A stretch of 63,090 nt of DNA, counting the filler, from Kipferlia bialata (taxonomy: Eukaryota), in NCBI GenBank assembly GCA_003568945.1. It is 5 parts of 5 records of this genome, joined end to end, with 100 filler letters (N's around TTAATTAATTAA, not from the genome) between each part and the next. Parts side by side here need not be neighbours in the genome. Positions count along the whole stretch, not along the records: positions 1 to 17,741 come from BDIP01000512.1; 4 more parts are not named here. The stretch is one strand, 5' to 3'. Below are positions 1 through 12,160 of the stretch, piece after piece. A program made the translations under genes and the position numbers. Numbering within the stretch: position 1 is the stretch's first letter; each line of letters starts with the position of its first letter. The notes beneath the pieces are model-generated. The model was not told the DNA's origin and did no database searches. It saw only the letters and a program-made list of their open reading frames with translations.

Positions 1-70
1 TTTCTCTTCCCTCTTTGTGCCCCCCCCCCCCCCCCCCCTTTCTCTCTCTCTTTCTGTCTCACCCTCTCAG

Positions 71-3000
71 GTTCATGCAGGAGAGAGATGCTCTCAAGAG
101 AGAGAGAGACGAGATTGTGGCCACATGCTCTGTCCTGAGACTCAAGAACAAGCAGCTGGAGACAGAGTACGTGCATAATCTCTTTCGTCATATCATATCC
201 CTACATACCGTAATAGCCTCATTCATATTGAGTTATGTTACTACATCTTCCCATCCCTCCCCCATCTTATCCTAGGTATGTCCTGCTAGGTGGTACCATG
301 TCTGCCAGTGCAGGGCCTAGGAGTATGCAGAAGAAGAAGAGGGGGAGAGAGAGAGAGAGAGAAGGAAAGGGAGAGGTGGGGGGTAGTGTCAGGCTAGTGA
401 GGGAGAGACGTGTGGCACATGTACCCACTGAGAGGAAGCCTGACAAGAAGAGACCTGAGAACCACCGGTTCAAGAAGAGGGAGAGGGATAGGGATCACAA
501 GACTCCTCAGGCAGATAGGGTATGTACTCCCTCTACTTTCCCCATGACTCTTTCATATTCCATATCATCTGATCACCAGACCCCCGGTGCACCACCATCC
601 ACTGACCCTACCCCTGTGCAGCACTCCCAGGTCTCCCCTTCTGTGCCAAGGGTGACCCCCTCTCTTCCAGAGCTCTCCCCAGCACACGCACATGTCTCTC
701 CCTCCCACATGCACTTTGAGAGAGGGAGTGAGATGGTGGAGAGCCCAGCGCAGAGGAGAGAGAGAAGAGAGAAGAAGGCGAAGGTAGGTAGATGTGTGTA
801 TGTGTGTTTTCCTCTCTCCTTCCAGTCTATTTGATCGACACCGACCCTTATCTCGTCGTTTGCTATCAATACCCCCTCCTCCCCTCTCTGACTGTCAGGA
901 TAGGAAGCGAAAGGAGAGAGAGCTGGCAGAGAGGCAGGTATTGTCATCATCATGTCTCTCCACTGTATTTATGCCGTGTATATACATATATTTCTCTCCC
1001 TGTCTTGGTTTGTCCCTCTCTCTCTCTTACCCTCTAATGCCAGGAGAGATACAGGCTTGAGATGCTCCAGAAACAGGAGGCGGAGGAGGAGGCTAGGGGT
1101 AGAGAGAAGAGGAGGGAGAAGAGAGAGAAGGCAAGACTGCTCAAGGAGAGGAGGGAGAGAGAGGCACTTGACAAGACACAGAGAGAGGAGCGGAAGCAGA
1201 GAGTCAGAGAGCAGATTGAGAGGGAGAGAGACGCGGGGAGGCCCAAGATCCCGGTACGTATTCACGCATTCATCTCTCTACGCTGCCTCACTCTTACACC
1301 AGGAGCTGCCTCGGCGTGATGTGGACTATTACAATGGCCAGTTTAGAGGCTGGTACCCCAAGGTGGAGCAGTGCATGAAACAGAGGAAGGCAGAGGTACA
1401 GTCGTATATGTATGTATGGTACCGGCAGTGGTATTCTGGACATAACTTGAAAATGCCCAAAGAGGTAATCTTAGTCCACATCTTCTTCTCTCGTTCTTAG
1501 TATACCCCTCACCTCAGCTCTCTCTTCGTGGTATCCACCTAGGAGACGCCGGTGCCAAGGCCGTAGCTGCCAGTATGAAGTACATGCCATGCCTCAAGAA
1601 GGTGTGTGACCCCCTCTCCATCCCCTCCCCCCCACGTCTCTCTCTCTTATCCCTGCTTTCCTTGAAGGCTATCTAGTGTCAGCCAAACACAACATTTGTA
1701 TCTCTTGGCTGTATCTATTTGCCACATTCTCTTTCTAACCATAGCTCTGCCTCAGCCATACCTGCATCGGCCCTTCTGGCGCTGTTGCCCTGGCCAAGGC
1801 CCTGCACCACACACCTGATCTGGAGACGGTATGTTATCGTATCTCTCTCTCTCTCCTTCGTATCTCTCTGTATGATTCTCATATCAGCTGTGGCTCCCCT
1901 CCAATGAGTTTGGCAAGGAGGGTGCGGTTGCTCTGATGCATGCCCTGCCCAGTGTGCCCAACCTCAGAAAGGTGCCCACTATATATATATATACAGTGAT
2001 ACTCCTATACTATATATATAAAAAACGAAAAAAACTAACTAAAACCTTTGTCTATCTCTGACCCCAGCTCTGCATGTGTGACAATGTCCTGGGTAGAGAG
2101 GGGGGTATTGCCTTGGCACACTCCATGAAGGCACTGCCACACCTCCAGTGGGTGAGTGAATCTCTCTCTCTCTCTCATGCATTCTTACATGTAGTGTCAA
2201 GTGGATGCTATATAATATATATGTCCCTGTCAGTGTTTATCCCTCTCTCATCGTAGCTTCGTCTCGAGCGCACTGACGTGGGACCCGGGGGTGGCATCCC
2301 TATCATAGAGGCACTCACACACGTGCCAGAGTTGACACTGGTGGGTATATATTGTGTATGTCTCCTGGATTACCAATTGGTTTGTTATATTCTCGTTGCC
2401 TCATGCTCAGCTCTACATGGACACAGGCTCAGGGTCTGCAGGGATCGGACCGGCAGGTTGGGTAAATTCCTCTCTCTCTTTCTCTATTTCTCTCTCTCTC
2501 TTGGAGTCTTAACAGTGTTGTAGCCTGACCTCTCCCCTCCTCCCACCCCCCTCACCCTCAGGTGGTCTGGCCATGGCCTCTGCCCTTCTCGGCCTCCCTC
2601 ACCTGCTGAAGGTATATCTTATCTACACATACTATTGATATGTACACAGCAGTATATATATATATATATATATGTATCCCTCTCTCAATTAATTACGTTC
2701 CATGGGTGTAGATATCTCTGTTATAATCCTAACCCCCAGCTGTCTCTGGACTGGCACGGCATAGGTGACTCTGGTCTCGAGGCCATAGCACAGTGCATGG
2801 GCAGTGTCCCACACCTGCAGAAGGTATATGTGTATATATATGAAGAAATGCATCTGTGTACTTAGTATGTGTCCGCCCTGTTGCCTCCTCACCCCCTAGC
2901 TCTCCCTGTGTGGGTGCAACCTCTCTCCCTCTGGCACCGGGTGTCTAGCACTGGTCCCCACCCTCCACTCCGTCCCAGACCTAGAGGTATCAGTGGGTAC

Positions 3001-3778
3001 TATATCACATTAGTACATTAGTAACCAGTCAACCTTCCATCTAACACAAACTGACTCTCTAGGAACTGGATCTGTCTCACAATGCCCTTTGTGACGATGC
3101 TGGTGAAGCCCTAGCCAGGGAAGCCCTGCCCCATCTGCCACTCCTCAGGTACGAATTCGATGTATATTCACTGATTATCACACTTAGCAACCCCAACCTA
3201 TAACGTTAACCTAAGGCGACTGTCCCTTGGGGGCAATGTCCTCTCAGCTCAGGCAGGGGCGGCGCTGGCAACGTCGATACAGGTACACACATATATATAC
3301 ACATACATGATTTTCAGTTCAATCCTCTCATCGATGCAGAGTCTTCCCCGCCTAGAGTCCTTAAGTCTCTCTGGCAGCAACATAGGCCCAGAGGCAGGGG
3401 CAGCCCTCGGGAGTGCTCTCAAGTACACACCGGACATGAAGGTGAATATGTGCTTGTCTCGCTCTCTCTTCCTTATCAATATGACGGAGTTTATTAACCC
3501 CGTCTTCTTCTCTCTCTCTAACCACAGGAGCTCTCCCTCGCTGGTTCCTCTCTCGAAGACAAGGGTGTTGTGCAGATAGCTGCTGGACTGGCACATACAC
3601 CACACATGAAGGTATTTACATATTTACCAATGACGTCAAGTACTCTATACCTTCATCCATTCTCACTCTCAGAACCTCGATCTGCAGGATACCTCTGTCG
3701 GGGATGTGGGACTGCTATCACTAGCAAGAGCAATGCCCAGGCTCTCTGAGCTTCAGGAGGTAAGGATATGTAAATGTA

Positions 3779-3820
<42 letters not shown>

Positions 3821-3975
3821 TATCCACTCCGTTGCAGTGTACTCTCTCTCTCACGCTCTCTCTCATCCCTCAGCTAAACCTGGGTCGTAACGGCATTGTA
3901 GGAGAGGACTACAAGGCCATCAAGAGAGAGCTCAGACGGGGAAGGGCAAGTAAGACTGTCAAGATCAAGTATTAG
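71..3975 (+). CDS. Multi-exon protein, 5'-partial: charged coiled-coil N-terminus plus about 14 ribonuclease-inhibitor-type (28-aa) leucine-rich repeats (NLRC3/RanGAP-like LRR class)
   Basis: GT-AG splicing joins exons such as LSLRGIHLGDAGAKAVAASMKYMPCLKK, LCLSHTCIGPSGAVALAKALHHTPDLET, LWLPSNEFGKEGAVALMHALPSVPNLRK and LDLSHNALCDDAGEALAREALPHLPLLR in one frame, ending at ...KTVKIKY* (TAG 3973-3975). Pattern LxLxxNxIGxxGaxxLaxaLxxxxxL. Confidence 0.85.
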
Positions 3976-4241
3976 GGTTGGTGTACTTCCATTTCAGAGT
4001 CAGATAGGATCAGACTCAGTATTTCATTTGAAATAGATTGCTTTGCGCTGTATTCTCCTACACTCCCTCATATTTTGCATGATATGATATTTACTGGGTT
4101 ATTGATAGTTCTCAATGTATCTCACTGAACACTTACGTGTTACAATTCTGACTCTATTCAATATAGTGTCTCTAGATAGTTTGGTTCAAGACACCTCGAG
4201 GTGTTCTTGGGTGTGTAGGAGTATTGTGAGACTCGTGGAGG

Positions 4242-7200
4242 TCACTTGTCCCTGTCACTTTGGCTGAGAGTGCCACTGTGGGACTCTCCCTCATCCTCAG
4301 CCCACCGCTGATAGTTGTAGGAGGCCTAGAGTGAGAAGACACTACAAAGTGTGTCACAGGCTGATACTAACTGAACTCGCTCTCATATACCTGTCTCAAA
4401 AGCGTGTCGACTACCGTAGAGTCAAGCCTGCAGTTCGTGTGCATCTGCTTCATGGCACCTAGAGTAAGCACACACCAAAGTACCAAAATATTATGCTTGC
4501 AGCTGGTATAAGTAATGGCTTGGTGTGAGTCTCTAATGACCTACCTAGGAAAGGGGCAACTCTGTCTCTAAGGAACGCTGCCTGGCACAGCTTGGTGGTC
4601 AACACTGGATCCCTAAAGTGCATGTCTCTACGAGGTGGTACAATGAGACCAACTCGACCTTCAAGTATGCCACTGCCAAAGCCCTGCTTCATCCTGCTCA
4701 ACCCAAACTGCCTAGCCACCTGGTTAAATTAGTTACTGAACATGTCTACGGCAAAGGGCAGTTTCTTTTCTTATCTCACCTTCCACGGTCTGACTGCATT
4801 GGCTATCCCAGCAAATGTGGCAAGAACTTGCAGCCTAAGGCTCTGCAGTTGGCCTTCAGTGCTCTCAGGGGTGACCAGAGCAGCGGGGCATACACTGGAG
4901 GGTTAGTCATGATCCGTCTGGACAATATGTAACGGTATATAAGTTTCATGTAGACTAGATGGGTTAGAGATGTGAAAGGGTTCCAGTAGATGGTCATAGC
5001 TAACCACTGTCTACCTCTTAGACTCCATCTTCACAACCCGAGTCAGTACTTCGGTTGGTAGTACTGTTCTCTGTGCCATATACCCCACGGAACTCATATT
5101 TTGTCGTCTCGTGGAAAGAATAATCCCCGCTAAGAAACCTGCTGACATACTGGGGAGGCACTGCAGCATGTTGTGGTGGTGCAAGAAGGAGAGAGTGAGG
5201 GAGAGGGCCTGGGTTGGTGAGACGTTTGTAGTGAATTTCTTACTTCCCGAACACTTCTCATAGACTCAACCCATACTGGATACCTGCTTCTGAAGCGGCA
5301 TGGCCCTTCCATGTAACACTGATATTGGGTGGCCTGTCTGGACCAGATAGTCAACAGAGAGTCCTGTGTCAATACCATCATCAGACACGATAGTCTATAA
5401 GAATCCATTCCATTTTAGTTACTCTGACAAGTACCTGGAGAGTCCAGGTCACAACTTACTACTGATATCATTAGCAGTAGCCTAAGGAGCGGAGGCATTG
5501 TTCTAATGTTTCCAGGTGTTGCTGCAGTACCATGGGTCATGAGGATCGCCATCTGTGTGAAATGATGCTAGACTAACGATACATGCCACATCACATACCC
5601 ATTGTTTGGGCTGTATACAATTACCTGCAACGCATCCAGCACGTGGATCGAGTTACTGAATGGGCAGTCATGAGTGTTCTTCTCGATTGAGAGCAGGAAC
5701 CCTGTAAGAGCCTGGTATTTTCAAAGACACAATACAGTTACCTCATATATGTGCAACACCAACTGGTAATCGTCATATATTATTAGAGTTAGATATTACC
5801 TGTAGGCTGACTCCAGAAGGAACAGACCAGTTCAATCGGCTAAACAGGTACATGAAGAGGAATCCAAACCCAAACCCTCCCGTCATTGCATTGAATGCAT
5901 ATGCGTCAAAAGCTACATCAGAGAGAGCCAGACTGAACAGACTTCTCTTCTCAGGATCTGCTAAGAGTCTGTGGAAGCGCCTCAAGAGCAAGTCTGTACA
6001 CTGTTAATGTGAGGAGGAAATATGTCTGCAGCAGAAATACAACAGGAAGACAATCAACAGTGGAGACTGGCAGATAATTACCTGGCTGCATCCGTATACA
6101 TCGCTCCTCATCTTGGCTATATGAGGGGGTAGGGACGGGCGCTGCCAGTCGGGTAAGGTGTTGTCAGTTGGGAGGAACATGGATGTCAGACATCCATGTT
6201 GCACACTCATAGAGACGCATAGAGAAGGCAGAGGCTTGTGCTCTGACAATGGCCTCAGAATGCCAGAACGTGCTGGTCCGGTCCAGGTGAAGGTAACAGC
6301 GTTAAGGGTCTCATCATAGAGAAGTCGGGGCCTTGTGGGTCTGAGCTTAGTACTATAGTGCATAGAAGTCACATATACTTTTGATTCAGAGAGTAAACGC
6401 TGATAAGAGACAGCGGAAGATGTCTTAAGCAATACCTGCCCTCTATATAGTGCCCAGGTACACTACTCTGTGGATCACACACACTGTGGAATTCATTATA
6501 CCCAGCCATCAGTGTGGGCAGACCGTTCCTGTCTGTACGCAGCAGGTCTCCACACCCACTCATGTACACCAGAAGATCCCTGTTCTGCTGTTTGATCTCG
6601 AATAGACTTATAGTATTTCAGTGACGAAAATACGTGAGAGGGAATCAATTTACCTTGCATGTTCCTTCACCAGCCTTGGTTCTGCCCGCCGCTAAAGGAT
6701 CAAGGAAGAAGCGAAACTCAATCCAGTACCTGACGGGTAGACTTCTGATGACATCACTACGCCAACATTCGACTCGACTATTCATAGATAGAGCAATAAT
6801 TACAGTATTTGATACTAACTCACCTCTTTGTTGCTGTGAAGGCCGCAGCCACAGCATCCCCTAAGAACTTTGCATCGTCTGGGAACACCCGTAGGAAGAA
6901 TGGTCTTGTTGGATCATGGGTTCCTAGGACTTCAGAACTTCTGATTCAGAAGGTATACGTTCGATGTATTCACAATTTCTATGTATTGCATACCCTTGAG
7001 TGGATCCTCGACATCTTGGGCCCAGGTCATCTTTGCAAAGCCTACGTCCACTCTAGCCTCTCTAGCCATTGGGTTGATAATCCAGCCCCCGATCAAAGAC
7101 GCTGGCTCTTGGAAGCGGAAACCTGACAAGATCTGGTGGAAATCTTCCTTGTGTTATGTGTTCGTGTGAGACCATCATAAGACCATCCACTCATACAATG

Positions 7201-9457
7201 CTTTGCTAAGATGAGAAACATACCAGTGTGGGCGTCAATGATCTCTCTCTGGGGGATAGGGTAGCATGGCTACGTCGGAGGTCGGGTATGTCGGGAAGTA
7301 GGGCTGTGCGAGAGCGAAGACTTTGGGTGACATCTAGAGTAGAGGCTGTAGTGTCACTAGACTTGGAGAGCGCCATGGAGAGACGCCGCCCCCCTGGCAG
7401 AAGACTTGCCATAGTACATGACAGTCTGCGTACCCTGGACATGGACTTCTGGTTGTGAGTCTCAACTCAAGTATACTAGATATTGTGAATACTCTTTCTT
7501 AGGAGAGTTACATAATGGTAACCTGTTGAATTGATCAGTGTCTATACTACCATACCTGCTCCGGTACACAACTCTTGGTCTCTCTGTTGATGTCTGACTC
7601 ACAGCCACTGAGGCGGAATGTGTTGTCGACTGTGTTTGACCTATGGTCAGAGGGATTGTGCTACATGGTATCTTTATGTGGTACTGGGTGTCAATAGTGT
7701 CTTTCTGGTTACTAAAGCAACGCTTAAGAGAAATTTCACATGTACCTGTAGAAGTCCCACTCCTGGTTACTATCAGTCTGCCAAACCAGACTGCCATCCC
7801 TGAGTGTAATCGAGGTAGTAAAAGAGCATGTGAGTGTATACGGTTGCTAGTCGTGTAGTTTGGTACCTAAATGCCTCCCCTTCTGAAGATGAGGTGTCGG
7901 TCGTCTCTTCAAACTGACTGAATACCAATTCGGAACCCGACTGCTCAAACCCACTCTCTGCTACAGATGGACTGTTCCCACCCGGGACCTCAGGAGCGGT
8001 AGGCTCACAGGCGCCATCTCTGTATAGGTTTATGGGCTGTTTAGTCTGTCATAAGAGCGAGGGGCTGCTACTGAAGTAATACTAGTATTCATGAAGAGTG
8101 CTAGAAGTGGGTTCTGAGCCTCAAGCTATTACCTCCACTGGCACATAGAGGTCCCGGCGTACGACGCTAAGAAGCAGGCGCTCTAGTCTAGCGCGGGCGT
8201 GCTGGAAGTAAACGTCCCGAGCTATGGCATGCAGAAGGTGTATCAGGTCATCTGCGTAGGTCTCAATTCTGACGGAGCCGTCATGGTCTCTGAGGGCAGT
8301 CTCACAGCCAACTAAGGGACTAGGCAACACACGCGGGTAGGTCCCCATACATCTGTTTGTTAGACGTCAATCCAAAACGAAGTATTGGTACCCTGAGTAA
8401 GGTTCCGTTACCTATCGAGAAACCATCTAATGAGAAACCGGTCCCCAGGAAGTTCATGCCCGACATACATAGTGACACATTGGAAGATCAGAAGAAGAAT
8501 GGCTGACACCCGGTTACAGTGGCGGGTAACTAGTCTGTCTGGCTTGGTATGTCTGCCAGTCACAAGGATAGTGGCTACCCTTGAGACATGACGCAATGTC
8601 AGTAGATCTAGAGTATCCACCATACATCGATGGATTGGCACTACTCCACAAGCGCTTTCTGCTACTGCGACTTGTCCATTGCCCTGTCTTCCATACATGC
8701 AGCAGTACCCGGAGGTCAGACTGGTAGCCTGAGTGTGTATACTACACAGTCTACTCAGTATCTCCGGTTGATCCAAAGACGACGAAACAACAGTAGACGC
8801 CACTCCGCTCTGCAAGAGGGAGAGTACACCGGGGCGGATCTGCAAGTATCTCTCTACAATACTCCTTTGACACAGAGAGAACTGGGCTGTGAGGCGTTGA
8901 AGTCTGTCTGTAGTACGTTTAATTCTTATAATTCACTTTGTGGGGCCCCCACACGTATTCCAATGACTGAGTATCGAAATACATACATATCATACCTGAT
9001 TGACCTCCCCTGTCACTCCCTCTCCCTCATTGCATTCAGTATCAGTATCCACACCCATTGGGAACATCTGATACAATGGAACTGAGAGCACGGCTGCATA
9101 GACTACAAAGATTCCTGCAATAGTAAAAGACGGACTCCAAGGCAGTGTGAAGTGCTGCATCGCCATCCAGCAAACAAACGATACGGCAGAGAAGATGGTA
9201 AGTTGTCTGCTACTTGAGACCAGATGGCGATTGGTCTCGTGGGTCACAGAATGCGGAACCAGCAGAGAGCAACATACGCTGTACAGGTGTGTAACAATCA
9301 CTGAAAGGGATATCACCCTGATCAGTGCCCAGACGTCTGGCATTGCAGACACTGCTGAACACATGGCTAACATGCACTGGGGATATACCAATGCGACACC
9401 GGAAACACACGCTACCACTAGCAGGCCAATGCGATTCACAGGTAAACGATCTCCCAT
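4242..9457 (-). CDS. Multi-exon membrane-anchored class I cyclic-nucleotide phosphodiesterase-like protein with degenerate active site; start uncertain
   Basis: N-terminal exon (ORF 8990-9457) has several hydrophobic TM segments. C-terminal exons give the PDEase_I motifs in order: FLLSIEKNTHDCPFSNSIHVLDALQ (YHNxxHAADV position), VVSCDLDSPGLSVDYLVQTGHPIS (HDxDHPG), IILSTR (LATD), FAGIANAVRPW (ADLSNP), LCQAAFLRDRVAPFL (Q.GFI...V.P), ASYNYQRW. Stop TGA at 4242-4244. Confidence 0.75.
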
Positions 9458-9928
9458 AGAAGCTGTAGACTCAGAAGTTGCTGGGCGAGTGCTCTTGGGT
9501 AAGAGCCAAAAGTTCTCTTTCAGTCTGCGTGACCGACTACAGAGTTGCCCAGGTCAAGGCGCGGTAATGTGTGAGTACCGTGTCTTCTAGTGTATGCTTA
9601 AGTGAAGGTCCCAAGGTACGTATGATTCTCCTACCATCAGGCATGTTGCTCCTATCATATTACTATTGACATAGCGTCAACTGTTAAGGGTTACCCTCAA
9701 CTTGAGGGTATCTCACACAGCTGTACTATATACCATTTGAGATGTGGCTTTGGCTAGGTATATGAACTTCATATAATATGAAGCCATCGCTGGGTATATG
9801 ATACTCAATCATGATGGTTATGTGTATGCAAATATGACTGTCAAATTGACAGTGTCAATGATCAAAAAAGTGCTATTGAACCCGGACTCTTAATCACTAT
9901 ACCACTATGACGATCTATAACCAATTGC

Positions 9929-11586
9929 CTATCTAGTAGTCCTTGGGGGAATCACCCCTAGGAGGAGAGTAAGGGTCTTCTCTACAAACTCTGAAAAGAG
10001 AGTGAGTCCCTCACTCGTCTGAGGACCAGGGGCTCCTTGCTCTGTGACGGCACTGCCAACCCCATCATCCTGTGAGGGTTCGGCTGTGGACCGAGTCATA
10101 GAGCCTGTCACCCCTGACCCTGCCTCTGCCCAGGACATTCCGTTCTCAGACGCTGTCACCTGGGTATAAGGTACCACCATTCCAACAGTTAATTCAGGCC
10201 ACTATGATATTATGTCTCCACCACATACCAGAACGGGGTCCAGAGGTATCCTGCCGAGGAAGGGCACATTGCCCATAGCCTCTGCCATAGCCTTCAAATT
10301 AGTTATACTTAGGGAGAGGGCTATTCGGACAATGAATCATTGTAAATGATAATACATACCAGAGAGCTATGTGGTGTTATGTTGCCTTACCTCTGCTCCA
10401 CCGTGTGCTGGAGGGTAGATCTGCATCACGAGATTACAACAGGGGCATACATATCCACTCATGTTCTCCACTACCCCCAGAACTGGAAGGGAGACTGCAT
10501 TGCAGAAAGACACTTCCTTTCTGACGCTGGCCAAGGCTACTTCCTGTCGTCAGCGATACACAGTTCATGTGCCGTTGGATACTCTATGGGGAATCAACAA
10601 CGTTTCTTCACCCAAATATCGTATGTTGTACCTGGGGTGTAGCCACCACAATGGCCCTTGGTGTCTTGTGGGCAAGAGCAGGGAGTAGCATACTGAGGAC
10701 TGACAGGTGCTCATCTGATGTACCAGGAGGCGTGTCGATTATCAGGTAGTCCAGAGGGCCCCACTGAACCTGGTGGTGAGTGCGAGTGGAAATAGTGACC
10801 AAGACGCCTGAGTAGTAACGGCATTACACAGTCTGTATACAGGAAGTCTAATCTACCTCTGTCAGGAACTGCTGTATCAGTGCTGTCTTCCGGGGCCCCC
10901 TCCAGATCACTGCATCATCGTCTCCATTCAACAGGAACCTAGGTGTCAGGAGACAGCATCTCCACCCCTGATAGTAGTACGTGTACATACCCTATGCTCA
11001 TGACTGACAGATTGTCTGCGACAGGTACCGGTGTCCATCCGTGGTTGTTGTTGCGGACCTCCTTGCCCTGGATGTTGGTTACTTGGAATTATACACACAG
11101 ATACTTTTGGAGTGGTACAGATTTCTCACCTTAGTGCCTGTGAGAGTAGGCAGACTCGGTCCACAGATATCCAGATCCAGCAGCCCGACCCTAGCACTGT
11201 AGACACTTGCCAGGCAGAATCCTAGCTGGGCTGATATTGTTGACTTGCCTACCCCTCCCTTGCCGCTGAGTATCACCAACACCTGCGGTCAGAGAAATAA
11301 GTGTCACTTCTCCTTGTTGCCATGGTCCAAAGTAATGAGAGTACAGAATAGAGCATATACATATCGTACATTCTGGACTCCTCCCAGTCTCTCTGCTATG
11401 GTGCGATAGAGTGCAGGGGCACCCGTAGCAACACCAGTGGATCCTGGTACCGCAGATTTGTGGCATACCCCTTGTGTTACAGATACTCCAAAGTTTGCAG
11501 TCCACACAATTGTCAGAGTAATCTAGTAATTGTACCTCTCTGTGGGCACACTGCACATGTGGAGGGATCAGGTCGGTCACAGACAT
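9929..11586 (-). CDS. NBP35: Cytosolic Fe-S cluster assembly factor Nbp35/NUBP1 (Mrp/NBP35 P-loop ATPase), multi-exon
   Basis: N-terminal CX13CX2CX5C ([24 protein letters not shown]), [76 protein letters not shown] and FLGRIPLDP. Confidence 0.95.
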
Positions 11587-12160
11587 GCTCTTGGTCACTT
11601 GGTCCTGGGTGACCCTCCTGCAGTAACATTTACGAACTACACGTAGGGAGTATAGAATATGAACTAACCATGCCACACGGACCACAGGTGAATCTGTTCT
11701 TGGACTGGAGCTAGTGCCCTCAGGAAAGACAGCTTTGCGTTGAAGATCCAATAGAGTAAAACAGTGGGCTCTGATACTCTATGCCGAAATGGCCAGTGGC
11801 TGTCCCAGTGTTTGTTGTGTGTTATAGAGATGTGTTAAAGTGGACACAGCTCTACCGTATAGGAGGTAATCTTTTGTTACTGTAGCCTCGATATATTACC
11901 GTAGCGGGTGAGGGACTCAATGTCCGATTTGCCACTATAAGAATGAATGCTGTTATTACTATTCTCTGGCGTTCAATTATTAGTAGTCTATTAGGAGGTT
12001 TCTAGACCCCAAGTAGGATGATATCCCTGGAGTAGAGGGGGGCACTGGAACAGTTGCTGACACTCCTATAGACACTCAGGGCGTACACACACCAGTGGGT
12101 CATCTCTCAAAGACTACAGAGTGAGCACACAGCATCTCTGTCATCATGTAGCCATCTGCT

